A stretch of DNA of 62,468 nt, filler included. It is 5 parts of 5 records of this genome, joined end to end, with 100 filler letters (N's around TTAATTAATTAA, not from the genome) between each part and the next. Parts side by side here need not be neighbours in the genome. Positions count along the whole stretch, not along the records: positions 1 to 10,365 come from SRR20825010_5493; 4 more parts are not named here. One strand, 5' to 3'. A program made the translations under genes and the position numbers. The notes under the pieces were generated by a model. It was not told where the DNA came from. It ran no database searches and was given only the letters and a program-made list of their open reading frames with translations. Positions within the stretch are counted from its first letter, which is position 1. Every line of letters starts with the position of its first letter. Below are positions 1 through 10,124 of this stretch, one piece after another.

Positions 1-162
1 TCGTTGCTTCAGGGCTACAAAGACATCCTATGGCATTTCGCCAAACTCTCCGAAATCAGTGCAGAAAACAGACGCAAAGGAGTTCCCTTTTGGACCTACA
101 AAATGGGGATGAGAAAACTGCAGGAGATCAAAGCCTACGACCAGCGCCTAAACAAAGCCTGA
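1..162 (+). CDS. 5'-truncated CDS, C-terminus of a probable Bacteroidota ATP-grasp (D-Ala-D-Ala ligase-like) protein
   Basis: Frame 1 is open from the window edge (SLLQGYKDILWHFAKLSEISAENRRKGVPFW...NKA*), TGA at 160-162. Family is assigned only from recalled resemblance of the C-terminal pattern. Confidence 0.45.
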   Translation, partial: SLLQGYKDILWHFAKLSEISAENRRKGVPFWTYKMGMRKLQEIKAYDQRLNKA

Positions 163-180
163 TTTTATAAATTGCCGATC

Positions 181-798
181 ATGCTGTATCAGATTATCAT
201 CTTGGCCTTTATAATAAGTTATCTGGGCTCGATCCCTCCGGGAACGATCAATGTCACTACCATGCAATTGACAGTTTTGGGACATAAGCGAGGAGCCTTT
301 TTCTTTGCGCTGGCAGCATCACTTGTCGAGTTTGTTTATGCAGGGATCACAGTTCAGTTCCAGCTATTTTTAAGTGAAAGCCCGCTAATTACAGAAAATT
401 TTCAGATAATTACTGCCATCGCAATGTTGGTACTAGGTGCAGCAAATTTGATTTCCAGAGATGATTCCAAAAGGTTTATTTCAAATCATAAATTAAAAGG
501 AAGAAATGGATTCAAACGAGGGTTGGTGCTCGGCCTTCTGAATCCTTTGACAATCCCCTTCTGGTTGGCTGTCACTGCCTATTTACAAAACCATAAACTC
601 ATCGTTTTGGAGGACGAGTTTTACTGGGCATATCTCGTTGGGATTTCGTTAGGCACGTTGGCTTTGCTGCTCACCATCCGGTCCGTCGGAAAGCGGTTTC
701 AGCGTGTGGCTGACAATCAGTTTCTGGTTCACAAACTTCCTGGGACCATCTTCATCCTACTGGGACTCTACAACCTCACGGAGTGGCTCTTTTCTTGA
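181..798 (+). CDS. LysE/RhtB family translocator
   Basis: Hydrophobic multi-TM protein with GSIPPGTIN and GLLNPLTIPFW LysE motifs; ATG at 181 preferred over TTG at 172. Confidence 0.85.
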   Translation: MLYQIIILAFIISYLGSIPPGTINVTTMQLTVLGHKRGAFFFALAASLVEFVYAGITVQFQLFLSESPLITENFQIITAIAMLVLGAANLISRDDSKRFISNHKLKGRNGFKRGLVLGLLNPLTIPFWLAVTAYLQNHKLIVLEDEFYWAYLVGISLGTLALLLTIRSVGKRFQRVADNQFLVHKLPGTIFILLGLYNLTEWLFS

Positions 799-1975
799 TT
801 CGGTTGATGTCGTAATTAATAAAAAAGCCTCTCAGGATCATTACCAACACAAGTGGAATCATAGCTTCATGAAGGGGTTGGGGAAGGATGCCCCATACGA
901 ATAAAAGGACAACATACAAAACACTGGTGAACAGAAAATACTTCGAAATCACTTTTTGAAATCGGGGTACATTCACAAAATAAATGAGAGGTAAGTGAAA
1001 TGGGATGGCCCAAAGTAGATTCATGTTGTCCTTAGACAAATGTTCGGTACCCAACCACAGAAAAGTACACCACCAGCCAATAATACCCACAAAAGTGAAT
1101 AGCACCACATCAATCCAATGCGTTCTTTTACCTCGCTTAAAGTCACGATTGGTAATAAAGCCGATTACAAAGAAAATGATCACGAAGGTATTGAATGGAG
1201 TAAAAAAGCCATTTTCAAAATTTTCTGGTGTGGGTGTGAAGACATGAATGGTTTTACTGATTAATGGGGCTACCACCGAATCTCGTTGGATTGTGGCGGA
1301 AGAAAGTCCTTTCTCTATGTAATCGGGCAAAAACATGTATTCCTGAGCACTGGCAACCTTATCAATCTGATACCCCAGGCCAATATCAATGATCCAATCT
1401 CCCCAGGGCTGATAGGCCAGATATCGATCCATCAGGTCCCGGATAGTTAGATTTTTTTCAACATAATCCTCGTTAAAAGTTATTCTCCCAGGAAGTTGGT
1501 CGATGAGTAAATCTCTGATTTTAGAGGAGCAGTTGTTGTAGACGTAGTTATAATAGTACTCCCTGTTTCCTGGTTGATAATTCGTTTTAAGAAAATTAAA
1601 TAAAGCGACCTTTTCATCAGGTGTCAGATTCAGGTATTGCTCAATGATGTACCTGTTTTCCCGCTCATAATGATTTCGGAAACGCTCATAATCTGATAAA
1701 CCAAGCTGATAAAGCATCTTTCCTTTCGCAAAATTCCAATAGAAATTCTCCTGATCGAAATTGAAAACACCATAATTAAAAACATAGTCCCTATTAGTGA
1801 CCGAATCCCTCACCCGGATAGCGCTGTGCCCAAAAGCCGAATACAATTCCGATTGATAGGGCCCCATGGTCATTATTGCTATTTCCAGCCGTTCTCCTTG
1901 ATTCGCGTCAGCCGAAAATGCCTGACCACCTGTTACAAATAAAAAAAGGAGAATTAATAGCTTTGGTAAATTCAT
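776..1975 (-). CDS. lnb: DUF4105 / Lnb-like lipoprotein N-acyltransferase
   Basis: Signal peptide, YSAFGHSAIRV, FNYGVF and YYNYVYNNCSS (His/Cys) motifs, then about five C-terminal TM helices. Confidence 0.75.
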   Translation of the reverse strand: MNLPKLLILLFLFVTGGQAFSADANQGERLEIAIMTMGPYQSELYSAFGHSAIRVRDSVTNRDYVFNYGVFNFDQENFYWNFAKGKMLYQLGLSDYERFRNHYERENRYIIEQYLNLTPDEKVALFNFLKTNYQPGNREYYYNYVYNNCSSKIRDLLIDQLPGRITFNEDYVEKNLTIRDLMDRYLAYQPWGDWIIDIGLGYQIDKVASAQEYMFLPDYIEKGLSSATIQRDSVVAPLISKTIHVFTPTPENFENGFFTPFNTFVIIFFVIGFITNRDFKRGKRTHWIDVVLFTFVGIIGWWCTFLWLGTEHLSKDNMNLLWAIPFHLPLIYFVNVPRFQKVISKYFLFTSVLYVVLLFVWGILPQPLHEAMIPLVLVMILRGFFINYDINRIKKRATP

Positions 1976-2004
1976 ATCGTACTTGGATTTTGTATGTTTA
2001 GGCT

Positions 2005-3027
2005 ATGTATATCAATGCCACAGACCTTTTCAACCTGGCTTCAAAGCTAACTTTTAAACGGCTAAAAAATGCAACGCGCATCTATAGGAGTTTCTTGTCT
2101 TCTGGCAAGTCCAAAAACGCACAAATTTCCGGATTGCCGATAAGCATTTCAGTAGAGCCCACTACGGCTTGCAATCTGAGATGCCCGGAGTGCCCCAGTG
2201 GTTTGCGATCATTTACACGACCAACGGGAAAGATGAGCGAGGATGTTTTTAAAGGGATCATTGATGAACTGCATGAAACCCTCTTTTATCTTATCTTCTA
2301 TTTTCAGGGCGAACCCTATCTGCATCCGCAGTTATTGGACATGATCCAATACGCCACTTCCAAAAACATCTATACAGCCACTTCAACCAACGCGCATTTT
2401 CTGACCGAAGATCTCGCGAAAAAAACGGTGGAATCCGGCCTGGATCGCATGATTATTTCCATAGATGGCGCTACCCAAGAAACCTATGAATCCTATCGAA
2501 AAGAAGGAAAATTGGAGAAGGTGCTGGAAGGAACCCGTAACATGGTGAAGTGGAAAAAGGAGCTGAAAAGTAACACCCCCCATATTGTGTGGCAGTTTCT
2601 GGTTGTGAAACCCAATGAACATGAAATTGGGGAGATTAGGCGACTAGCTAAGGAATATGGAGTGGACAAAGTCGCCTTCAAAACGGCTCAAATTTATGAT
2701 TACGAGCATGGGAATGAACTGATTCCCGATCAGGATAAATACTCCAGATACAAAAAAGAAGGCGGAGGAAAGTACACGATCAAGAATAAAATGGTAGATG
2801 AATGCTGGAAAATGTGGCATTCGTGTGTGGTAACCTGGGATGGTAAAGTGGTGCCTTGCTGCTTCGACAAAGATGCGCATCATGAGTTGGGAAACATTTC
2901 CAATCGTTCCTTTAGCGAAATATGGAATTCTGAAAGCTACAATCAGTTCCGAGACCAATTGCTACAATCGAGAAGCGATATAGAAATGTGCAAAAACTGT
3001 ACAGAAGGAGCCAAAGTCTGGGCGTAA
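2005..3027 (+). CDS. Radical SAM protein with SPASM/Twitch domain
   Basis: CNLRCPEC (CxxxCxxC), GEP motif, C-terminal CWKMW...VVPCC...CKNC cysteines. Confidence 0.9.
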   Translation: MYINATDLFNLASKLTFKRLKNATRIYRSFLSSGKSKNAQISGLPISISVEPTTACNLRCPECPSGLRSFTRPTGKMSEDVFKGIIDELHETLFYLIFYFQGEPYLHPQLLDMIQYATSKNIYTATSTNAHFLTEDLAKKTVESGLDRMIISIDGATQETYESYRKEGKLEKVLEGTRNMVKWKKELKSNTPHIVWQFLVVKPNEHEIGEIRRLAKEYGVDKVAFKTAQIYDYEHGNELIPDQDKYSRYKKEGGGKYTIKNKMVDECWKMWHSCVVTWDGKVVPCCFDKDAHHELGNISNRSFSEIWNSESYNQFRDQLLQSRSDIEMCKNCTEGAKVWA

Positions 3028-3178
3028 AATACAACTATATTTTTGTAGAACGAACTTCCGTTCCAACCTTAGAAAGGACTTGTGGGTCAAAGAGACATAA
3101 CATTTTCTTTCAATTACAGTAACAGTCATATTACTGCATTCGATATATTACACACCATTTGTATTCTGCTATAGACCA

Positions 3179-3781
3179 ATGATTAATAAGTTTATTCTCT
3201 CGTTCATATTTGTCTTTTTCTCGATACTGACTTCCCTTTCTCAGGACGGCTATTTTGGGCTCAAAGGAGGCTATAACCTTACCAGTCTCCATTCTTCAGG
3301 GACAGAATCATCCGTAAAACTAAGTGATCGGGATACCTACAATGCAGCAATGGTTTTTGCATATAAACCGTGGAAATCCAGATTCGGTTTTTCCATAGAG
3401 CCGGGATACACGTTGAAAGGCACCAAAACGGAAAACGATTCATTGGATTACCGATTCCATTATGCAACGCTACCCATGCTTTTTGATTTCTACCCTATCG
3501 AAAAACTCAAAATCAGCGTAGGGCCCGAAGTGGCGAGATTGCTAAGTGCCCGAAATAAAATAAATGATACGACGACTGTGAGCATTTCGAATAGCTATAA
3601 AGACAAATGGGAGCTATCTGGAACTGTTGGGGTTAGCTATTCGCTGGATTTCTTTTTGGATTTGGGTCTTCGCTACAACATGGCCTTCACGAATATTTCA
3701 AAATACGACGCACTTTTGGACAGACGAAACTTATCTACACAATACCTTCAGGTTTTTCTGCTTTTCAAAATTGCGAATTAA
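3179..3781 (+). CDS. Outer-membrane beta-barrel (porin family / PorT-like) protein
   Basis: Signal peptide, FGLKGGYN, YTLKG and LGLRYN beta-strand motifs typical of Bacteroidota OMP beta-barrels. Confidence 0.75.
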   Translation: MINKFILSFIFVFFSILTSLSQDGYFGLKGGYNLTSLHSSGTESSVKLSDRDTYNAAMVFAYKPWKSRFGFSIEPGYTLKGTKTENDSLDYRFHYATLPMLFDFYPIEKLKISVGPEVARLLSARNKINDTTTVSISNSYKDKWELSGTVGVSYSLDFFLDLGLRYNMAFTNISKYDALLDRRNLSTQYLQVFLLFKIAN

Positions 3782-3799
3782 GGGGCGGGAGGTTCCCAT

Positions 3800-4588
3800 T
3801 TACCAATGCTTTTGAATCACTTTAATCAGTTCGGCGTGCACTGGGCCGGCTGCAAGAAGTTGCTTCCCGAATAAATAATCGTCACCTCCTTTAAAATCGG
3901 TGATTGTGCCCCCTGCCTCCTTTACGATAATAATCCCGGCGGCAATGTCCCAGGCATTCAGATTATATTCAAAGAATCCTTCGCATCTGCCGCAAGCCAC
4001 ATAGGCCATGTCCGTCGCGGCACTTCCGATCCGTCGTAAACCATGGCAGTTCTTCATCAATTCATTCAGCACAGCCAAATAATTGTCCAGCTTTTCAAAA
4101 TTGTAATAAGGAAACCCTGTAGCAAATAAGCTTTCAGAAATCGTATTGACAGGCGTTACATGGATTGGTTTTCCATTGAGGAATGCCCCGCCATTTTTCC
4201 ATGCATAAAAAGTTTCGCTACGATTGATCTCATGAATTACCCCAAGGATTATTTGATTTTCGTACATCAAACCAACACTGATGGCATAGGTAGGCAAGCC
4301 ATGTACAAAATTCGTGGTACCGTCAAGAGGATCGATAATCCACACATATTCTTTGTCCCTGTCATCAGGAGTATCTTCCTCGGTGATAAAACCAGCTTCA
4401 GGAAGTATTTTCCGCAGACCAGCTACTAACAGAACTTCCGTTTCTTTATCAACATAAGAAACCAGATCGCTGTGCCCCTTTAGCTCTACTTTACTTGTGG
4501 AAAAGCTTTCAGCCTCTTTGCTAATAAACTTGGCTGCCTCATGGCAAAGGCTCCTTACTTCATTGGTTATGTCTTGCAGCTCTTTCAT
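3800..4588 (-). CDS. suhB: Inositol monophosphatase family protein
   Basis: WIIDPLDGTTNF, RRIGSAA and WDIAAG motifs. Confidence 0.9.
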   Translation of the reverse strand: MKELQDITNEVRSLCHEAAKFISKEAESFSTSKVELKGHSDLVSYVDKETEVLLVAGLRKILPEAGFITEEDTPDDRDKEYVWIIDPLDGTTNFVHGLPTYAISVGLMYENQIILGVIHEINRSETFYAWKNGGAFLNGKPIHVTPVNTISESLFATGFPYYNFEKLDNYLAVLNELMKNCHGLRRIGSAATDMAYVACGRCEGFFEYNLNAWDIAAGIIIVKEAGGTITDFKGGDDYLFGKQLLAAGPVHAELIKVIQKHW

Positions 4589-5268
4589 TTTTCCTTTCCT
4601 TCAATGATCACTACGAACTCTCCTTTCAATGTGTTTTCCGTAAAATGACGAAGCACTTCGGGAATCGTATCGGTTACAGTTTCTTCAAACTTCTTTGTAA
4701 GCTCCCTGGAGACCGAAACACGTCGTTCTTCCCCAAGATACTCAGCCAACTGCGTTAAGGTCTTCAGCATGCGGTGAGGCGACTCATAAAGCACAATGCT
4801 TCTGGTTTCCTCCGCAAGCGCTTTAAATTTCGTTTGTCTCCCTTTCTTATGAGGCAGAAACCCTTCAAACACAAAGCGGTCAGAAGGGAAGCCTGATTTC
4901 ACCAAAGCCGGAACAAAGGCTGTTGCGCCAGGAAGGCATTCCACTTTGATATTTTCTTTCACAGCCTCTCTTACCACCAAAAAGCCTGGGTCAGAGATGC
5001 CCGGAGTTCCTGCATCTGTGATCAACGCGAAAGTTTCACCGTTTTTGATACGTTCTATAATTTGGCTTGTACGATGATGTTCGTTGAACGCATGAAAGCT
5101 CTCTGTTGGAGTACTGATCGCATAATGCTTCAAAAGCACTCCAGAGGTTCGTGTGTCCTCTGCAAGAATTTTATCAACAGATTTCAATACTTCAACTGCA
5201 CGATAAGTGATATCACCCAGATTTCCGATAGGTGTAGGAACAAGATAGAGGGCAGTCTTTTCTTCCAT
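4585..5268 (-). CDS. rsmI: 16S rRNA (cytidine1402-2'-O)-methyltransferase
   Basis: LYLVPTPIGNLGDIT, AEDTR, DAGTPGISDPG, YESPHR, RELTKKFE. Confidence 0.95.
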   Translation of the reverse strand: MEEKTALYLVPTPIGNLGDITYRAVEVLKSVDKILAEDTRTSGVLLKHYAISTPTESFHAFNEHHRTSQIIERIKNGETFALITDAGTPGISDPGFLVVREAVKENIKVECLPGATAFVPALVKSGFPSDRFVFEGFLPHKKGRQTKFKALAEETRSIVLYESPHRMLKTLTQLAEYLGEERRVSVSRELTKKFEETVTDTIPEVLRHFTENTLKGEFVVIIEGKEK

Positions 5269-5271
5269 GAC

Positions 5272-5505
5272 TTATGCCACTAGTTGATCGATTGCTTCGG
5301 CCAGCTTTTTGTCCTTGTCTGTAACCACATCTCCAGCATCATGCGTGCACAGCTCGATGCTCACCTGATTGTAAACATTCGACCAGTTCGGGTGGTGGTT
5401 CATTTTCTCAGCGATTATGGCCACTTTGGTCATAAAGCCAAAAGCTTCAATGAAGTTTTTGAACTTAAATGTCTGCTTGAGTTTATTGTCTTCTTCTATC
5501 CACAT
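5272..5505 (-). CDS. phhB: Pterin-4-alpha-carbinolamine dehydratase
   Basis: AEKMNHHP and THDAG motifs; ATG at 5505. Confidence 0.9.
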   Translation of the reverse strand: MWIEEDNKLKQTFKFKNFIEAFGFMTKVAIIAEKMNHHPNWSNVYNQVSIELCTHDAGDVVTDKDKKLAEAIDQLVA

Positions 5506-5516
5506 AATCAATTGAT

Positions 5517-5777
5517 TTAGAGCGCCATGCAGCCTGGTATTTTGTGTGCCTCCAGATATATATCCAAGACCTCCTGACTGCTTTTTACATGCGCGTTGGT
5601 TTTAACACTGACATATTTTCCGTTGGCGCTTTCACGAAATGAAATCTCAGATTGCGGTAGTACGGAAATAATATCGTCCTTTTTTTCACTGGGCACAATG
5701 AATTTGAAATTATAGGTGCCCGGAAAATCGTGTCCTGCTTCTAATTGTTCCCTAAAAGCGTTTATATCCCAACTCAT
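5517..5777 (-). CDS. DUF493 family protein (YbeD-like)
   Basis: [12 protein letters not shown] and SANGKYVSV motifs; 86 aa. Confidence 0.8.
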   Translation of the reverse strand: MSWDINAFREQLEAGHDFPGTYNFKFIVPSEKKDDIISVLPQSEISFRESANGKYVSVKTNAHVKSSQEVLDIYLEAHKIPGCMAL

Positions 5778-5788
5778 AGATTGAAGAT

Positions 5789-5817
5789 AAAAAAAGCCGG
5801 TTTAAAAAACCGGCTTT
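5789..5817 (-). terminator. Rho-independent terminator after the PpiD gene
   Basis: AAAGCCGGTTT-AAA-AAACCGGCTTT inverted repeat with a U-tract on the minus strand, 8 nt past the stop. Confidence 0.8.
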
Positions 5818-5825
5818 CAAAAGAT

Positions 5826-7994
5826 TTAGTAAAATTTATATCGTTTATCCTCGATCTCAGCGAACTCTTTCACCGCATTGTCCAGTCGTTGTGAGACGGT
5901 AACAGGAAAGAAGGAAAGTGGAAAGTTGGATATTACAGTCTTTCTGGAAGTTCTTGTGCTTTTCACCTGAGAAATATAATTTTTATAATTGTCCAAATCT
6001 TCCGGTGAATTCTTAGCTGTTGAAACCAATAAGATTACGCCATTATCAATGGCGAAAGGTGCCGTCTTTTCGCCTTCGGCTAAAGAGAACGCCACGCCAA
6101 CTGCTTCAGGAGCAAAGCCAACGTTGGTTATCGAATTAGAAGAAAGCGTCAGATCTGCACTACCACTTCTAGCGCCTTCACCATAAGCCTCTTTAAGTGC
6201 CTCCAAATCTTCTGTATCAAGTCCTTTGATTTTATTGATGATATACTCTCCCTTCTTTTCGTTAAGAACTTTTGTCTTTACCTCTCCAGATACCTGGCTA
6301 AGCGACGCTGTTCCTTTTTCCTGAATGGCAGTAAGACCAACAACTACGTAATTTTTTTCAAGATCAAAAACCTGAGATATAGGCTCGGAACCCATAGAAG
6401 CTTTATTGTACAACCATGAAACAATGTTTCTTGCGTTAGTTAGCGTTCCAACACGTGTGTCGTTCTTTGCGATACTTGATGCGGTTTTTACACTTAAGCC
6501 TTGAGCTTCTGCATTTGTCTTCAACTCATCGGCATTGCTGCTTTGAGAAGCAAGAATATCCGCCTGTCTGTAAATTTCGTTTTGAGTGGCATCACTAGCA
6601 AAAAGTTCTTTTTCGATTTTGGCTACCTTATATACGGTATTGGTCTTTGTCTCATCAATTCGGATGATGTGGTAACCGAAAGAGGTCTCAACCGGGCTCG
6701 GCAATAAACCTGTTCCTTTAAATGCGAACGCAGCATCCTTAAACTCCTGAACAAAATTTCCGTTTTCACCGAACCAGCTCAAGTCACCACCGTTGTTGGC
6801 GTTGCTTTGATCTTCGCTATTTTCAGACGCAAGTTGTGAAAAGTCAACTCCTTTTCTCAACTGGCTGATCAAACCCTGTGCTTTCTTTTTTGCTTCTGCT
6901 TTGGCTGCATCTGTCTGGCTTGTAGGCTTGATTAAGATGTGGCTCGCTTTTACAAAGTATTCGTCACCTTCGGTGATGTCAGAAAGTTTCAGAACGGTAT
7001 ATTTATTCGATACCAACCTTGGTTCTGAGATCGTTCCAACCGGAGCAACCTTGCCATCAATTTTCAAGTCTTCAGGGAACAAAGAAGGATCGTTGATCGT
7101 CTGATAGGCATTTGGCAGCTCTGAGTTTATAGTTACATAAACCGAGTCATTTTGAGCTTTTGACAAGCCATCTTTTAACGCTGTGATTTCTTCAAGTACA
7201 AATGTGGAATCTTCCGCAGACGGTTCGATTGTGAAAACCACATAATTCAGGCTTCTTGATTCTTCCTTTTGGTAGTCGTCCGAATGAGCAGCTAAATAGC
7301 TTTTCAACTCTGAATCGCTGGCCGAAACAAGGCTGTCAGCAACAGAGAAAAAAGGAACATAAAAATAATCAACGGATACATTGCTGTTTTGTGCGACATA
7401 AAGGCTTTTAGCCTCAGCCTGAGTCACATATTCCGTTTTATCGAACAGCATGTCATACTTCTGAATAGATCTGCTTGGACGCAAAGTAGCTTCAAAGGAA
7501 TTCCATGATTGTCTTTGCTGCGGGCTGGCCGCTCCAAGACCTTGTAGGGTAGTGATCACAACATCTCTGCTGAACTCACCTGTATTCGGGTCAGTAAAAA
7601 ACTGCTTGATTTGCGGAGAGATATTATTTCCCTGCACCATATCAACAACTTCTTCATTGGTAATTTTGATTCCCAATTTATCGAACTCAGCCTGATAGGC
7701 ATTCTCAATAATCAAGGCGTTCCATGCTTCTTTTCTGATGTTGGTTAAGTCGTCTGAAGTTGGGTTTCTGCCATAGTTCAGGGCATAGGTAGACGCCAGC
7801 TGATTCACCTTTTGATTAAACTCTTCGTAGGAAATCTCCTTATCGGAAACTTCAGCGATGACACGGTCAGCTGCGCCGAACAGGGCAGAGTTGGATTGAA
7901 AAAAATCTGTTGCTATGAATGCGAACATGGAGAATGCCACAAATCCAACAACGATCTTGCCCATTCTCTTCCTTAAAGTACTTATTAACGCCAT
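5826..7994 (-). CDS. ppiD: PpiD-like peptidyl-prolyl isomerase (SurA N-terminal + parvulin domain)
   Basis: N-terminal anchor; KASHILIK, SED...GGDLSWF and ETSFGYHII parvulin motifs. Confidence 0.85.
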   Translation of the reverse strand: MALISTLRKRMGKIVVGFVAFSMFAFIATDFFQSNSALFGAADRVIAEVSDKEISYEEFNQKVNQLASTYALNYGRNPTSDDLTNIRKEAWNALIIENAYQAEFDKLGIKITNEEVVDMVQGNNISPQIKQFFTDPNTGEFSRDVVITTLQGLGAASPQQRQSWNSFEATLRPSRSIQKYDMLFDKTEYVTQAEAKSLYVAQNSNVSVDYFYVPFFSVADSLVSASDSELKSYLAAHSDDYQKEESRSLNYVVFTIEPSAEDSTFVLEEITALKDGLSKAQNDSVYVTINSELPNAYQTINDPSLFPEDLKIDGKVAPVGTISEPRLVSNKYTVLKLSDITEGDEYFVKASHILIKPTSQTDAAKAEAKKKAQGLISQLRKGVDFSQLASENSEDQSNANNGGDLSWFGENGNFVQEFKDAAFAFKGTGLLPSPVETSFGYHIIRIDETKTNTVYKVAKIEKELFASDATQNEIYRQADILASQSSNADELKTNAEAQGLSVKTASSIAKNDTRVGTLTNARNIVSWLYNKASMGSEPISQVFDLEKNYVVVGLTAIQEKGTASLSQVSGEVKTKVLNEKKGEYIINKIKGLDTEDLEALKEAYGEGARSGSADLTLSSNSITNVGFAPEAVGVAFSLAEGEKTAPFAIDNGVILLVSTAKNSPEDLDNYKNYISQVKSTRTSRKTVISNFPLSFFPVTVSQRLDNAVKEFAEIEDKRYKFY

Positions 7995-8074
7995 TTTTTA
8001 TTAAGCCATTTTTTGTAAAGACGGCAAAAATAGCCAGATAGGTACTAATTAAAAAATGAATCTAAATCTTTGAT

Positions 8075-9361
8075 TTACAGGGACTCCTCCGAAGTGAGCA
8101 AAGTCAATTTTACTTTGTCGATTCTGGTTTCATCAATGGTGAGGATTGTGAAAATAAATGAGGAAATATCGATTATTTCATTCACTTCAGGAATGTCCTC
8201 ATGTTCGTTCAGAATCAAGCCTCCTAAGGTATCGTATTCACCGATAGGAAGGTTGAGGTCATATTTTTCATTCAGATAGTCTACCTCATGGCGGGCGCTT
8301 AGAATGAAGGTGTTTTCGTCTATTTTCTCCTCTACGAGAAACTCATCATCGTGCTCATCTCGGATTTCACCAAAAATTTCTTCAATGACATCTTCCATGG
8401 TCACGATTCCCGATGTGCCTCCATATTCATCAACAACCAATGCAATACTTTTATGTTCGTTGATAAACTGGATTAAAAGCTCATTGGCCAACATGGATTC
8501 AGGCACAATAATGATTGGGGTCAGCATGTCCTTGATTTGCGTCGGCTTTTTAAACATGGCCAATGACCGGCAATAACCGATCACATCATCAATAGACTCA
8601 TCATAAACAATAATTTTGGAGTGTCCGCTCTCAACAAAGAGGTCTTTCAGGTCGGAAATTTCATCTTCTACATCCACCGCAACAATTTCCGTACGAGGAA
8701 TCATACATTCCCTAACCTTAACCGTCTTAAACTCGATGGCATTGTTGAGAATCTTGGCATCAATTTCTGACTCTTCCTCCGCCTCAATGTTTAGCAGGTT
8801 CTTTTTGATGTAATTATTAAGGTCAGTTAGCCCAAACACTGGTTTGTCCTCAGAATAATCAAATCGTAGAACTTTGGTTATGAGTGCCCCTGAGAGCTTC
8901 GAAATGACATAAACCAAAGGGTAAAGGCTGTAATAAATGATGACCATAGGGATTGCCAACAGCGTGAGCATGAAATCCGGATTGATCATAAACAAACTCT
9001 TGGGAATGAATTCGGCGGTTATCAGCACAATAATGGTACTGAGCAGGGACTGGAAAACCAAAATGAACACATCCCCTGTGAGTGATACCGGAAGTGTATC
9101 AATTAAAAGTGGCTCCAACAATTTGGCCATCAGAATACCGTAGAGCACAATGGCAATGTTGTTACCCACCAGGGTTGTTGCGAGGAATTGGGATCGTTTG
9201 TTAAGGAAAACGGAAAGTATTTTTCCTGCAATCAGTCCTTTTTTGTTCATTAGCTCGATATGGAGCTTATCTGCAGAAATAAAGGCGATTTCCATTCCGG
9301 AGAAAAAAGCCGAAAAGAGCAAACAAAAGAAAATACCAAAAAACAGTGAGGGGTCCTCCAT
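8075..9361 (-). CDS. Hemolysin-family CNNM-CBS-CorC protein
   Basis: FSAFFSGMEIAF, AEFIPK, MIPR and VVDEYGGTSGIVTMEDVIEEIFGEIRDEHD motifs. Confidence 0.92.
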   Translation of the reverse strand: MEDPSLFFGIFFCLLFSAFFSGMEIAFISADKLHIELMNKKGLIAGKILSVFLNKRSQFLATTLVGNNIAIVLYGILMAKLLEPLLIDTLPVSLTGDVFILVFQSLLSTIIVLITAEFIPKSLFMINPDFMLTLLAIPMVIIYYSLYPLVYVISKLSGALITKVLRFDYSEDKPVFGLTDLNNYIKKNLLNIEAEEESEIDAKILNNAIEFKTVKVRECMIPRTEIVAVDVEDEISDLKDLFVESGHSKIIVYDESIDDVIGYCRSLAMFKKPTQIKDMLTPIIIVPESMLANELLIQFINEHKSIALVVDEYGGTSGIVTMEDVIEEIFGEIRDEHDDEFLVEEKIDENTFILSARHEVDYLNEKYDLNLPIGEYDTLGGLILNEHEDIPEVNEIIDISSFIFTILTIDETRIDKVKLTLLTSEESL

Positions 9362-9372
9362 CGATATAGTTA

Positions 9373-9555
9373 CTAAGCTGAATCCTTGCTATTTCTTTTA
9401 TTCTTTCTATAACCGTAAATAAAAAGCAGGCCCAGACTAAGCATAAAAATACTGTAAGCCTGACCTATTCCCAATATCATGGCCTCATAAATACCTATGA
9501 CAAAAAAAGCCAGAGCTGAAGTAAATAAAACGTAATCAAGGAGTTTCATCCTCAT
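9373..9555 (-). CDS. Small two-TM hypothetical protein
   Basis: 60-aa ORF with two hydrophobic helices and a basic tail, co-oriented between lptC and the CNNM gene. Confidence 0.65.
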   Translation of the reverse strand: MRMKLLDYVLFTSALAFFVIGIYEAMILGIGQAYSIFMLSLGLLFIYGYRKNKRNSKDSA

Positions 9556-10054
9556 CCAAAGTTATAGTTCCGGCTGGTTTGGTGATCTTATAGGACGAAA
9601 AATCCTCCTCGGCCTCAAGGCCTTCACCTGTATGCACCTCATCATCGGACACAATAGTCACGAAGCGATCGGTATAGAATTTTTCTTCAGCAGGGGACCA
9701 AAACAGCTCCTCGGTGGTCAGTTCATCGCCACTCTCCGTGTTTGTAACTACCACATTTCCCTCACCCCGATAAATATCATCAGCGGCTGTATAAAAAACA
9801 TAGTCCGCCTTGAAAGTTGATTCTACATTGCCAAAGTCGTCAAGGTATTCAAGGTACATCCCCTTCGGCCATTCACGATCGTCGTTCTCGAAATCGTTTT
9901 GCTTTTTGGCCTGTAAGATCATAATTACTCTGGCAGAATCACTCAATTTGGTATAGACGCTATCCATGGAAATAGTAGGTCCATCATAGAGTTGCTCATC
10001 TATTAGTTCTGTCCTCTTCTGACAAGAAAAATGAACGAATAGAAAGATGAACAA
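9536..10054 (-). CDS. lptC: LPS export ABC transporter periplasmic protein LptC (start uncertain)
   Basis: EWPKGMYLEY, GNVVV, LTTEELFW and HTGEGL motifs. No in-frame ATG after the upstream gene; TTG at 10054 used provisionally. Confidence 0.75.
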   Translation of the reverse strand: MFIFLFVHFSCQKRTELIDEQLYDGPTISMDSVYTKLSDSARVIMILQAKKQNDFENDDREWPKGMYLEYLDDFGNVESTFKADYVFYTAADDIYRGEGNVVVTNTESGDELTTEELFWSPAEEKFYTDRFVTIVSDDEVHTGEGLEAEEDFSSYKITKPAGTITLDEDETP

Positions 10055-10069
10055 AAAACCAGCTGAAAC

Positions 10070-10106
10070 AAAAAAACGATCATAGAACCGCTCTATGACC
10101 GTTTTT
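10070..10106 (-). terminator. Terminator-like hairpin after the TPR gene, overlapping the lptC 5' region
   Basis: Minus strand reads AAAAACGGTCATAGA-GCGGT-TCTATGATCGTTTTTTT (one G-U pair). Confidence 0.7.
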
Positions 10107-10124
10107 ATCTGAATTTTTTGACTA

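Noticed and set aside
3028..3178. RiPP precursor peptide for the radical SAM-SPASM enzyme
   Set aside because: No credible small ORF, RRE, protease or transporter nearby.
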